Positions 48,689 through 58,004 of a stretch of DNA of 64,000 nt are shown here, in pieces. Location: contig OY969696.1 of the NCBI GenBank assembly GCA_963702005.1, positions 800,001 to 864,000 on the forward strand, written 5' to 3'. The notes beneath the pieces are model-generated. The model did not search any database. It was given only the letters and a program-made list of their open reading frames with translations, and was not told the DNA's origin. Source of the stretch: Candidatus Aminicenantes bacterium. GTDB taxonomy: Bacteria; Acidobacteriota; Aminicenantia; Aminicenantales; JAFGBC01. Position 1 is the stretch's first letter; each line of letters begins with the position of its first letter. Position numbers and translations under genes: made by a program.

Positions 48689-50056
48689 TTATCTCTTGGG
48701 GAGGTCGAAACAAAGATTGAGGCCGAGCCCGAACTCCGTCCCGCCCAGCTTGATATCGACTCCGTTCTGGGTCGCGGTCGCCTGGGTGAATTTGATGTAG
48801 AGCTTGGCCGCCAGGAAGTCAAGCCCGGGGATGCGATAGTAAACGCCGGCCTGGGCATGGAAGCCGACGGTGTTTCCGGACACCTCGTGGACTGCGCTCT
48901 TCTCTTTGTAGCCGAACAAATCCATCCCGATCCCCGCGAAGGGCATGACCTCCCGGCCCTTGAGCAGGGCGAGAGCCGTGAATGAGATGGGGTGGAGGGT
49001 CAACGTCGTCGCGTCCTTGGTAAAGGTCGCCTTCCCATCCTTGGAGAAGTACCGGTAGGCGGCGGAGAGTCCGAACGAAAACTTCTCGGCCGAGACGAAA
49101 TACTTGGAGAGCTCGCCCCCGAAAATATAACCCGCGTTTCCGTAGACGTCGGTGTAGGCTGAGGAGGCGATGCCGTAGCTTCCGCCCAAGATACCGATTA
49201 GGGTATTCTGGAAGGGCCGGACGACGGCGGGCCCTTCGGCGATGGGCCGGACGGCCTGGGCCGCTTCTTTCCGGCCTTTAGCCGCTTGGGCCGGCCGGGC
49301 CTGGACGTCCTGCCAGAACAAGGTTTCGACGGCGTTGGGACCGGGCGTGACGGTAAAGGACGGCTGGTTTTCGTCCAGGGCGAAGACGACCTGGTAAGCC
49401 TGGCCGTCCGTCTTTTCGATCGTGATCCGCTTCAGGCCGGCTCGATTGATGTCGACGAATGGAGGAGCCGAAATCTTCTCGACCGGCGAGAAGAGGAGCA
49501 GGAGCCTGCCCGGCTGGGCCAGCCGGAAGCCCTGGAAGACCACCGGGCCTTCGGTCAGGACCTTGATTTTCATCTGGTCGTTGACCTTTTCGAAGGTGAT
49601 GTCCTTGAGGTCGGCGGGGACCGCTCCGGCCGCCGGAGCGGCTTCGGGCGCGACGGCTTCGGCCTGGGCCTGGGCTTGCCAGAAGGTCACGACGACCTGG
49701 TTCTGATTCTGGCTGATCTTGTAGAGCGGGAATGTCCCGGGAACGTCGAAGACGATCCGGGCGACCTGGGGCTGATACTGGGCGGTCCGGACCGCCGTGA
49801 CCCCGAAGGCGCTGACGTCATAGGCGGCCTCGGTCAGGACTTTGGTGACGGGCGTGAATTCGACGACGAGCCGGCCGGGATCGGCCATCTCGAAGGTCTG
49901 ATAGGTGAAATCGCCCTCGCATTCGATCTGGGCGACGAGCTCGGTTTCCGTTTTTTGGAAGGTGATCGACTTCAGAGTCGCCGGCTTGGCCTGCGCGGCG
50001 GCCATGACGCTTGCGGCTAAGATCAGGGCTAAGGCCATCAGGGTCTTTTTTTTCAA
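48689..50056 (-). CDS. Outer-membrane protein: two AMIN domains + small C-terminal beta-barrel
   Basis: Signal peptide; two F.[ML]..PGRL..[EL]F AMIN-like repeats; alternating aromatic/glycine strands at the C-terminus (PFAGIG, GFHAQAG, GGTEFGLGLNLCF). Confidence 0.7.
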   Translation of the reverse strand: MKKKTLMALALILAASVMAAAQAKPATLKSITFQKTETELVAQIECEGDFTYQTFEMADPGRLVVEFTPVTKVLTEAAYDVSAFGVTAVRTAQYQPQVARIVFDVPGTFPLYKISQNQNQVVVTFWQAQAQAEAVAPEAAPAAGAVPADLKDITFEKVNDQMKIKVLTEGPVVFQGFRLAQPGRLLLLFSPVEKISAPPFVDINRAGLKRITIEKTDGQAYQVVFALDENQPSFTVTPGPNAVETLFWQDVQARPAQAAKGRKEAAQAVRPIAEGPAVVRPFQNTLIGILGGSYGIASSAYTDVYGNAGYIFGGELSKYFVSAEKFSFGLSAAYRYFSKDGKATFTKDATTLTLHPISFTALALLKGREVMPFAGIGMDLFGYKEKSAVHEVSGNTVGFHAQAGVYYRIPGLDFLAAKLYIKFTQATATQNGVDIKLGGTEFGLGLNLCFDLPKR

Positions 50057-50080
50057 TGCGAGTCCTCCTCTACTTTTTTC

Positions 50081-52138
50081 TCAATCGTGGATCGCCTCGG
50101 ATATCGGTCCTTCAACGCTGTCCCGTCTTACGGCTTGGAGGTAGTAGACATAGCGGCGGGCGGGATCGATGAGCGCGTCAACGTACCGAAATCTCTCGGC
50201 GACTCCTGTTATGGGATATCGCGCCAGGAAGGTCAATCCTTCCTGCGGGGAATGATCCTCATTCCGAAAAACATTATACCCTATCAGGACGATAGGATGC
50301 AACACCTTGGGATTATGAACCCAGGTCAGGAGGTTGACGGGCCGGCTCATAAGGAGGCTCCTCTGGGTCGTCCGCTCAACCGCGGGAGAGGCCGGCCCGA
50401 AGGGCAGGACGATGACTTCATCATACCAGGTCCGGGTCATGATCTCATAGCCCTTGTCGGTCGGATGGACCTTATCGGAAAGAAGAGACCTCCAGCCTCC
50501 GTCGGCTTCGGGATAGTCGTAGAAAGCGTAAAACTGTTCGACCAAGGGAAGCCTCAGATTTCCGGCTAGGGCTCTGATCATGTCGTTAAGATTGAAGATC
50601 CGGTCCCGGTAGAATTTCACGCCCCAGCGCCAGTCGCTGCGGGGTATGATCGTGGCCAAGACCGGATAGACCCCGACCGCCCGGGCTTTATCGATCATCT
50701 GCTTGAGGTGGAAGGCCGTGGCGCTCATGGCGATCTCGCTGAAGATGACATCGTTCGTGCCTTCCATCAGGAGGAGGTACCGCGCCGGGTGGGCGGCCAG
50801 GACCGGCCCCATCCGGCCCATGCCGTTAATGGTGATCTCGCCCGGCCAACCTTCGTTGACGATCGAGGCCGCGCCGAATCGGGTTTCGAGCAAAGCCGCC
50901 AACCTGGGAATATAGCCTCGCTCCGGAGCGTACTGGTTGTCGATGACGCCGTAGGTGATGCTGTCTCCGAACCCGATATAGGTGTCCTCGACGCTGGCTT
51001 CTCCCCGGGAGGTCCGGGAAGCGGGGGCGGAAGGCGGGGGCGACGAAAGTCCCGCCAAGGCCGAGATTTCGAAAACCGCCGTCCTGACGGTCTCGTTTTC
51101 TTCCCAGGCTAGGGCGAGCCTTCCGGCGTCGGCGGCCGCCCGGATTGGGCGGCTCAAGGGGGATTCGGTCGCGGCGAGGGTCATTTCCCGCCCCCAAGCG
51201 CCGCCCGAACGACGCCTGGCCAGGATACGGCCGTTCCCGCTGGCGGAACGGTACCATATAACGAGAGGGCTTCCGTCAGGAAGAAAAACGAGGGACGGGA
51301 AGAAATCCTGCTCTCCGTTGTCGGTGAGGGCGCTTTCGGTCCTCCAGCGATTCCCATCCCGGCAGGCGGCCTGGACCTCATAGTCGTTCCCGTCGAAGCC
51401 GGACCAGACGAGCCAAGGTCCCCCCTCCCGGTCGGCCGCCGCTTGAAGGAAGAGGCGGGGCGAGACGGAGGCGGGCGCGATGGCCTCCGGAGAGCTGAAG
51501 GCGTCGCCGTCAGCGATCCAGGATGCGGCGAAGATCTCGGACCGGCCGGGCGCGTCTTGCGTCCAGAACGCCCAGAGTCGCAAAGGTCCGGCCGCGAGCC
51601 TTGTGCAGGAGATCTCGTTTTCCGAGGTGGCGATCGTAAGAAATGCGCCGCGCCGGGGGGACCAAACTCGGACGGAGTAAGAGAGGCCGGAATAGAAAAC
51701 GCCGGCGAGCCAGGGCCGATTGGCCAGGTCGAAAGCCAGATCGAGCGAAACCGGAAAATCCGTCCCGATCCGGGATTTCAGAATCGTCTCGAGCCGTCGG
51801 TCCAATAGGCGGGCGAGCCTAATTTCGTTCCCGGCCGGTCCTTCCTCGCCCCAGGCCGCCCAGAGCCCGCCGGAACGGTCCTTGCGGAGGATGGGCGCCT
51901 GGGTCAGGAGGTGACCGGATAAAGAACGGGCGATATAGTCCGGGCGCGAGCCGTCCGAGGAGGCCAGCCCCAGACGCTCTCCCGCATCCCGGAAGAGGAC
52001 CGTGAGATCGCCGCGCTCTGAGAACGCCGGAGAGGGCGAATGCCCCGTGATCGGCGGATTCTGATCCCCCTCTCCCGAGAAAAGCGCGGCCATCATGAGA
52101 AGGGTCAGCAGAGGGGACAACCGGAGAAAACGTCTCAT
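50081..52138 (-). CDS. Secreted SGNH/GDSL hydrolase with N-terminal propeller-like region and C-terminal FN3-like domain
   Basis: FGDSITYG, G.PG, EGTND, DKVHP catalytic blocks; ATG at 52138 gives a signal peptide; C-terminal NLLTW.HNP...GYNVFR...Y.Y...AV domain. Confidence 0.8.
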   Translation of the reverse strand: MRRFLRLSPLLTLLMMAALFSGEGDQNPPITGHSPSPAFSERGDLTVLFRDAGERLGLASSDGSRPDYIARSLSGHLLTQAPILRKDRSGGLWAAWGEEGPAGNEIRLARLLDRRLETILKSRIGTDFPVSLDLAFDLANRPWLAGVFYSGLSYSVRVWSPRRGAFLTIATSENEISCTRLAAGPLRLWAFWTQDAPGRSEIFAASWIADGDAFSSPEAIAPASVSPRLFLQAAADREGGPWLVWSGFDGNDYEVQAACRDGNRWRTESALTDNGEQDFFPSLVFLPDGSPLVIWYRSASGNGRILARRRSGGAWGREMTLAATESPLSRPIRAAADAGRLALAWEENETVRTAVFEISALAGLSSPPPSAPASRTSRGEASVEDTYIGFGDSITYGVIDNQYAPERGYIPRLAALLETRFGAASIVNEGWPGEITINGMGRMGPVLAAHPARYLLLMEGTNDVIFSEIAMSATAFHLKQMIDKARAVGVYPVLATIIPRSDWRWGVKFYRDRIFNLNDMIRALAGNLRLPLVEQFYAFYDYPEADGGWRSLLSDKVHPTDKGYEIMTRTWYDEVIVLPFGPASPAVERTTQRSLLMSRPVNLLTWVHNPKVLHPIVLIGYNVFRNEDHSPQEGLTFLARYPITGVAERFRYVDALIDPARRYVYYLQAVRRDSVEGPISEAIHD

Positions 52139-52252
52139 TTTATGGGAGTGTAATATAGCATAGCCCCCGACCGTTGGCAACGAAGCTACGGTCATTGACT
52201 CCAGGTCCATGCTGATATAAGTTAATCGTTGATTTTGCATTCAAGCCAGGAG

Positions 52253-53308
52253 ATGCGGAGAGTGAAAGCCCGGCTCGAACATCCCCCTCTATTGATGTTC
52301 CTCTTGGGCGGTATCGCCGGCGCGGCGGTCAACCTCGGGGTCACGCTCGCCCTCCGGGCGGGCTTGGGGGCGCCCGAGACGATAGCCTTTTTCCTGGGCA
52401 CCATGGCAAACCAGCTCTTCCATTATCTGTATTACAACTTCCTTTATGTGAATCGCGAAATCCGGCTCCGGACGCCCTTCCCGGTCAACCTTAGCCTCTA
52501 CGCTCTCGTGGCGGCCGGAGCGACCGTTCTTCTCATCCTCATCCGGAAGTCTCTCGGCTGGCCGCTCGTCCCGTCGCTTCTCGCCGTCATCGTGCTCCTG
52601 TCCGTCCTCAACTCCCTGGTGAACCGGATCTCGACCTTTTCGTCGGCCACTCTGGCCGAAGTCGAGTACCGCAACGTGGGAGAAAGTTTTTACGACGACC
52701 AAACCGACCGCGGCAAGGTCAGTCGCTTCCGGGCTTGGTACCACCGCTCCCGTTATGAGCGCCTCAAGGCGCTCATCGGTTCGGTTTGGCGTCAAGGGAT
52801 GAGGATCGTCGATTTAGGCTGCGGGAACTGCTGGTGGAACACGGACGGGATCCCGGTCACCGGGCTGGACGTGAACGAGAAGATGCTCCAGTGGGCCAAG
52901 CGCCACGGGCGCCTGACCGAGTATCGGGTCGAATCCGACCTGTCGCGGACCGGGCTGCCCGATCGGGCCTTAGATATTGTCGTTTGCTCAGAAACCCTGG
53001 AGCACCTCCTGAACTTCGAGGACGTTCTCAAAGAGATCCGCCGCATCCTCAAGGACGACGGGACGCTGGTCGTCACGGTTCCCTGGGATTTTTTCCTGGG
53101 TCCCTTTTTCGTGCTTTTCAATTTAAATTGTTTGTTCATGGCCTATGTCAAGGGCAGCCGTTATCATTTGTTTCGCTGCGGTCATATCAACCACTTTACC
53201 CGGAGACGCCTGAAGAAGGTCCTTGGGGAGGCGGGCTTCGAGGCGACTCGCTTGTCCGTGGTCAACGGGCTCCTTCTCTATGGAACCGCCCGAAAGAAAA
53301 CCTCCTAG
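52253..53308 (+). CDS. GtrA-like membrane domain fused to class I SAM methyltransferase
   Basis: Four N-terminal TM segments, then VDLGCG, GLD, SETLEHL, RILK.DG...VTVP, HIN.FT. Start may instead be the GTG at 52262. Confidence 0.75.
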   Translation: MRRVKARLEHPPLLMFLLGGIAGAAVNLGVTLALRAGLGAPETIAFFLGTMANQLFHYLYYNFLYVNREIRLRTPFPVNLSLYALVAAGATVLLILIRKSLGWPLVPSLLAVIVLLSVLNSLVNRISTFSSATLAEVEYRNVGESFYDDQTDRGKVSRFRAWYHRSRYERLKALIGSVWRQGMRIVDLGCGNCWWNTDGIPVTGLDVNEKMLQWAKRHGRLTEYRVESDLSRTGLPDRALDIVVCSETLEHLLNFEDVLKEIRRILKDDGTLVVTVPWDFFLGPFFVLFNLNCLFMAYVKGSRYHLFRCGHINHFTRRRLKKVLGEAGFEATRLSVVNGLLLYGTARKKTS

Positions 53309-53328
53309 GCTGAGCCTTCGTCCGAGGT

Positions 53329-53357
53329 TTGACTCACCCCGGCGGTTAAACTAAAAT
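53329..53357 (+). promoter_or_regulatory. sigma70 promoter (leaderless) of the SGNH/spermidine-synthase-like/TolB-like operon
   Basis: TTGACT-17 nt-TAAAAT, 6 nt before the GTG at 53364. Confidence 0.65.
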
Positions 53358-53363
53358 GCGCCT

Positions 53364-54587
53364 GTGAAAAACAACGGCCGCCGCCCACGTTTCGGATTCT
53401 TCGCGCGCAGGTTTGGCGCCGCCGCGGCGGTCCTCCTCGGCATTTTGCTGCTGACCGAAACGGGCCTTCGGATCGCCGGGTATCGGCCCGTGAAGCCGGC
53501 GGCTCTCGTCCCGAGGGCGGAAAGCTCCTACCTGAGGCTTTCCCGGAATCCCGTCCTCCGCTATGAGCTCGGGCCCGGTTTCCAGCGCTCCATCCGGAAG
53601 ATCAGGGTTGCCGTCAACTCCCGCGGCATGCGGGGACCCGAGGTCGTCCCGGCCAAAGGCGATCGGATCCGGATCATCCTGTTAGAGGACTCCGTCCATG
53701 CCGGAACCCGCGAGCCTCAAACCTTCAGCCGGAAGCTCGAGCTTCAACTCCGCGCCGTCGATCCTCGCTTCGAGGTCCTCGACATGGGGGTGGACGGATA
53801 CGATACGCTCCAGGAAATTACGGCCCTCGGGCTGTACGGGCTTTCCCTCTCTCCCGATGTTGTCGTCCTCTGCTACGATCTGAACGATATCGGGATCACG
53901 CCCGTCGACCTTAGAGGGGCCGCACCCCCGCCCGGAGAAGAGAAAAAGTCCGCGCCCCGGCTCCTGACCTTCCAATGGATCAGCCGAACCCTAAGGCCGC
54001 GCGGAGAGGGCCGGCCGTCGGAAGGGCCGGCCGGCGGGGCCGATCCCTACGGGGATCTGTTCCCTCCCGCCCCGACGGATCCCTTCCTGGAGGGACAGTT
54101 CAAGCTCATCGCCGAAAGCCAGGCGGTCTTCGCCGCGGCGTCGGGGAACGGCGCCGCGCAAGCCGTGGTCGAAAAGCCGGGGCGTCTCTGGCTCAACCAA
54201 TACCTGAACCTCAAGAATATCGGGAAGATCCGCTACGCCTTCAATAAGCTCGAAGACATGGCCTTGGAATACGGATTCAAAGTCCTCATCGTCATTCTTC
54301 CTTTCTTTTATGAGGTCAACGGTCGCTACCTGGACGAGCCCGCCCATCGGATCATCCGGGAAGAAGCTTCCCCGCATGGATTCCCGGTCGCGGACCTCCT
54401 CCATCGTTTCCAAACCGCCGGGTTCGAACGCGTCAGCCGGGACGGCGTCAACTTGAGCGATTTCGGCCACGTCGTGCTGGCCAAAGCCTTATTCCGAGTT
54501 TTGGGCCGGTTCTATTATCCCGAGTTGGAGCGGGCCGCTGAAAGTCCGTCCAAAGCCGCCAAGACAAAGGAGAGTACGAGACGATGA
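53364..54587 (+). CDS. Membrane-anchored SGNH-fold protein with degenerate catalytic motifs
   Basis: N-terminal TM (E.GLR), NSRGMRG, EDS (for GDS), GVDGY, LND, DGVN (for DxxH). Confidence 0.7.
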   Translation: MKNNGRRPRFGFFARRFGAAAAVLLGILLLTETGLRIAGYRPVKPAALVPRAESSYLRLSRNPVLRYELGPGFQRSIRKIRVAVNSRGMRGPEVVPAKGDRIRIILLEDSVHAGTREPQTFSRKLELQLRAVDPRFEVLDMGVDGYDTLQEITALGLYGLSLSPDVVVLCYDLNDIGITPVDLRGAAPPPGEEKKSAPRLLTFQWISRTLRPRGEGRPSEGPAGGADPYGDLFPPAPTDPFLEGQFKLIAESQAVFAAASGNGAAQAVVEKPGRLWLNQYLNLKNIGKIRYAFNKLEDMALEYGFKVLIVILPFFYEVNGRYLDEPAHRIIREEASPHGFPVADLLHRFQTAGFERVSRDGVNLSDFGHVVLAKALFRVLGRFYYPELERAAESPSKAAKTKESTRR

Positions 54588-57004
54588 CCACAAGCGAAGC
54601 GAAGCGCGGCCCGGCCCTGACCTATCTATTCCTGTTCCTGACATCGTTCTCGATCCTGACGCTGGAGATCACCTATGCCCGGATCTTCTCCGTCCTGACC
54701 TACTACCATTTTACCTCGATGATCATCAGCGTCGCCCTGCTCGGGTTCGGGGCGGCCGGCGCCTCCATCAGCCTCCGCTTCCGGAAGGATCGAATGGAGG
54801 AGGGGTTCCTGGGGTCGAGCCTTCTCTTTTTCTTCGGCTCGATCCTGTTCTCCTTCTACCTCATCATCAAGATCAGCTTCTATCCCCTCGAATGGAGCGC
54901 CGATTGGACGAACCAGCTGACCCTGGTCTTCTTCTACCTCGTCCTCGGGCTCCCGTTCTTCTTCGGCGGCCGGGTCATCAGCGGACTGTTCAGCCTCTAC
55001 CCGGAGCGGGCCAACGCCCTCTATTTCTTCGACCTGGTCGGCGCCGGGCTGGGGAGCCTGGGGGTCGTCGTCCTGTTCGAGGTCCTGTCGGCTCCGCTCA
55101 TCCTTCATGTCCTGGCCCTCGCCGGATTCCTGCTCCTGCTGCCGGCGGCCCGCTTCGGCCGACGGGTTCGACTCGGCGCGTTGGCTTGTCTTCTTCTCTC
55201 CGGCTTCTTCACCTACAAGCTGGCCGTGGAAAATCCGATCCTCGTCTACCCGCCGCCCTCCAAAGCCATGTTCCAGTATGCGCCGCCCTGGAAGGGGTCC
55301 GGGGCCATCGACTATTCCAAGTGGAACGTCATCGAACGGGTCGACGTGACCAAGCCCCAGGTCCGGAACGTTTGGGGGTTCGGGGGCGAGATCAGCCCCA
55401 TCTTCAGCGACCGGCAATGCGAGCTCCGCTACATTTTCAAGGACGGGATCCTCTCCTCGGGGATCATGAAGATCGATAAAAAGATTTCCGATTACGATTT
55501 CTTTTCCGGCTATATCATGGCGGCGCCCTACTACCTGTCGGCCGAACGCTTCCGCTCGACGGTCGTCATCGGCCCGGGCGGCGGCATCGACATCCTGATC
55601 GCGCTCTACCACCGGGTCTCAAACGTCATCGGCGTCGAGCTCAACCCGGAGAAGGTCCGGCTCCTCGAGGACAGGTACTATCAGTATTCGGGCCGGCTCA
55701 AGGACCACTGCACGCTCGTGCCCTGGGAAGGCCGCCATTTCCTGAGCCGCTACCGGGGCAAGGTCGACGTCATCACGACCAGCGGGCTGGACGACTACCC
55801 GGCCCTGTCCTCCGGCTCCTATGCCCTGTCCGAGCATTATATCCTGACCGTCGAGGCGATCGGGGCCATGCTCGATCACCTGACGGAGCGGGGCGTCATC
55901 TCCATCACCCGGGTTGCCTTCGACCCGCCCCGAGAGGAATTCAAGCTCGTCACGACCATGAAGGAAGCCCTGGCCCGGGCCGGCGTCGCCGACCCTTCGA
56001 AGCATTTCGCCCTGGTCAAGGGGCAGCTCTGGACCAACGTCATGCTTAAGAAGACCCCCTTCGAGCCCGGCGAGATCGCCGGACTTAAAGAGTGGGCCGC
56101 GCGGATGAAGTATAATTTCCTGTATCTGCCGGACGAGCCCCGGGACAATCCGGTCGATCAGTACATCAGGCTGGCCCGGACCGCCGAGAAAAGCTTCGTC
56201 AAGGACTATCCCTATAAGATCTCGCCGGCCTGGGATGACGCGCCGTTCTTTTTCCAGTACTACAAGTGGAGCAGCCTGTTCGCCCGGAAATCCTACCGCT
56301 GGGTCTACGACCAACTCGTCCCCCTCGGCATGCGGATCGCCTTCTTCAGCCTCGTCCAGGTGACCCTGCTCGGCCTGTTGTTCATCGCCGTCCCGCTCGG
56401 CGCCCTCAAGCTGGGCCGGAGCCGCGACTGGACGCGGCCGCTCCTCTATTTCGGGGCGCTCGGGTTCGGCTACATCCTGATCGAGATCGTCCTCATCCAG
56501 AAGTTGAACTATTTCCTGGGCGGGGCGGTCTACGCCCTGGCGGTGACTCTGTTTGCGCTCCTGACCTTCTCGGGCCTGGGAAGTTTCTTCGCCCGCAAGA
56601 AGGCCGTCAACCGGCCGTTCCTGATCCGGGTCATCGGCGCCGTCATGGGCCTCTGCCTGATCTATTTGGTGGGGCTCCACGGGCTCTTGGGCCTTCTGAT
56701 GCCTCTCGGCCGGACCCTGCGCATCGCCGCGACGGCCCTCATCATCGCGCCGCTCGGCTTCGTGATGGGCATCCCCTTCCCGTCCGGAATCCGGATGCTC
56801 AAGGTCCGGAGCCTGGAGGCGATCGTTCCCTGGTGCTGGGGCGCCAACTCGATCTTCACCGTGTTCGGATCCGTCTTCTCGCTCATCGTCAGCCTCAATT
56901 GGGGATTCAACTTGACCCTCCTCCTCGGCGTCGCGGCCTACGGCGTCGCCCTGGCCGGAGTTTCGGCCTTTTTCCCGGCGACGAAACGGACCGGCCATGT
57001 TTAA
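54584..57004 (+). CDS. Polytopic membrane protein with central spermidine-synthase-like SAM-binding domain
   Basis: LEI...RIFS, LY..DLVGAG, IGPGGG.D, VELNP, EGR.FL, DD.PFF, GIPFP.G, WGANS motifs. Confidence 0.8.
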   Translation: MTTSEAKRGPALTYLFLFLTSFSILTLEITYARIFSVLTYYHFTSMIISVALLGFGAAGASISLRFRKDRMEEGFLGSSLLFFFGSILFSFYLIIKISFYPLEWSADWTNQLTLVFFYLVLGLPFFFGGRVISGLFSLYPERANALYFFDLVGAGLGSLGVVVLFEVLSAPLILHVLALAGFLLLLPAARFGRRVRLGALACLLLSGFFTYKLAVENPILVYPPPSKAMFQYAPPWKGSGAIDYSKWNVIERVDVTKPQVRNVWGFGGEISPIFSDRQCELRYIFKDGILSSGIMKIDKKISDYDFFSGYIMAAPYYLSAERFRSTVVIGPGGGIDILIALYHRVSNVIGVELNPEKVRLLEDRYYQYSGRLKDHCTLVPWEGRHFLSRYRGKVDVITTSGLDDYPALSSGSYALSEHYILTVEAIGAMLDHLTERGVISITRVAFDPPREEFKLVTTMKEALARAGVADPSKHFALVKGQLWTNVMLKKTPFEPGEIAGLKEWAARMKYNFLYLPDEPRDNPVDQYIRLARTAEKSFVKDYPYKISPAWDDAPFFFQYYKWSSLFARKSYRWVYDQLVPLGMRIAFFSLVQVTLLGLLFIAVPLGALKLGRSRDWTRPLLYFGALGFGYILIEIVLIQKLNYFLGGAVYALAVTLFALLTFSGLGSFFARKKAVNRPFLIRVIGAVMGLCLIYLVGLHGLLGLLMPLGRTLRIAATALIIAPLGFVMGIPFPSGIRMLKVRSLEAIVPWCWGANSIFTVFGSVFSLIVSLNWGFNLTLLLGVAAYGVALAGVSAFFPATKRTGHV

Positions 57005-57983
57005 AAGGAAGCGGAAATCCCTGCCGAATATCCTGGCCGCCGGGCTCGTCCTGGCCGGGGCGTTCACCTGCTGCGGAAACAAAGACCGGGAGCCCGGACG
57101 AGCGGCGACGGGATTCCAATCGTCCGGCCCTCAGACGCCGTTCAAGGGACGGATCGTCTTTCAGTCCGACCTCGACGGGGACGACGAAATCTTCCTCCTG
57201 ACCCCGGACGGGTTGAAGAAGCTGACCGATAACGCCTGGAACGACGAATTCCCCAAATGGTCGCCGGACGGCACCCGGATCGCGTTCATGGCCAATCCCG
57301 ACGGACCCTATGAGCTGTTCGTGATGAACGCCGACGGGAGCGGGCTGGCCCCGCTCGGCCCCCGGGAGGGCCGGGCGCGGAGCCGGATCGGGTTCGCCGG
57401 TCTGGCCTGGTCTCCGGACGGGGCGACGATCGCCTTCACCGTCGAGAAAAAGAAGGGCCTTTTCCGGAGCTACAACACTTGGGCCGTGGACGTCGCGACG
57501 GGCCGGATCGAAAAATTCCTACCCTGGTTCGACGGCCAGATCGCCTCCCCCAATTTTTCGGCGCCGACGCCGTTTGTGGTTTTTACCGGCAAAAAAACCA
57601 TAGGCTGGGACGTCGCCCTGGCCGATCTCAACGCGCGCAAGGCCGTCTTCATCTCGGAAGGCCAGGGAGCCTGCCGGCCTCATTTCGCGCCGGACGGGCG
57701 GACCGTCGCCTACGTCTCGCACGCCGCGGACGGGAAGGGCGACATCTGGCTCATGGACCCGGACGGGGCGAACAAGCGGCGGCTGACCGAAAGGGACGGA
57801 ACTTACGATTATTTTCCGGGCTGGTCGCCCGACGGGAAACGGATCGTCTTCTGCTCGAATGCCGAGAGCCAATACCCCTACGAGGGACACTGGGCGCTCT
57901 GGATCGTTGAGGTCGAGACCAAGGCGGCGTCGCTTCTTTTCGATTCTCCCGGCCGGGACGTCTTTCCCGACTGGCATGAATGA
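56997..57983 (+). CDS. TolB-like PD40 beta-propeller lipoprotein
   Basis: Lipoprotein-like signal ending AFTCC; repeated P.WSPDG..I.F. Confidence 0.8.
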   Translation: MFKRKRKSLPNILAAGLVLAGAFTCCGNKDREPGRAATGFQSSGPQTPFKGRIVFQSDLDGDDEIFLLTPDGLKKLTDNAWNDEFPKWSPDGTRIAFMANPDGPYELFVMNADGSGLAPLGPREGRARSRIGFAGLAWSPDGATIAFTVEKKKGLFRSYNTWAVDVATGRIEKFLPWFDGQIASPNFSAPTPFVVFTGKKTIGWDVALADLNARKAVFISEGQGACRPHFAPDGRTVAYVSHAADGKGDIWLMDPDGANKRRLTERDGTYDYFPGWSPDGKRIVFCSNAESQYPYEGHWALWIVEVETKAASLLFDSPGRDVFPDWHE

Positions 57984-58004
57984 GGGGACGTCCGGGCGGT
58001 CCGC

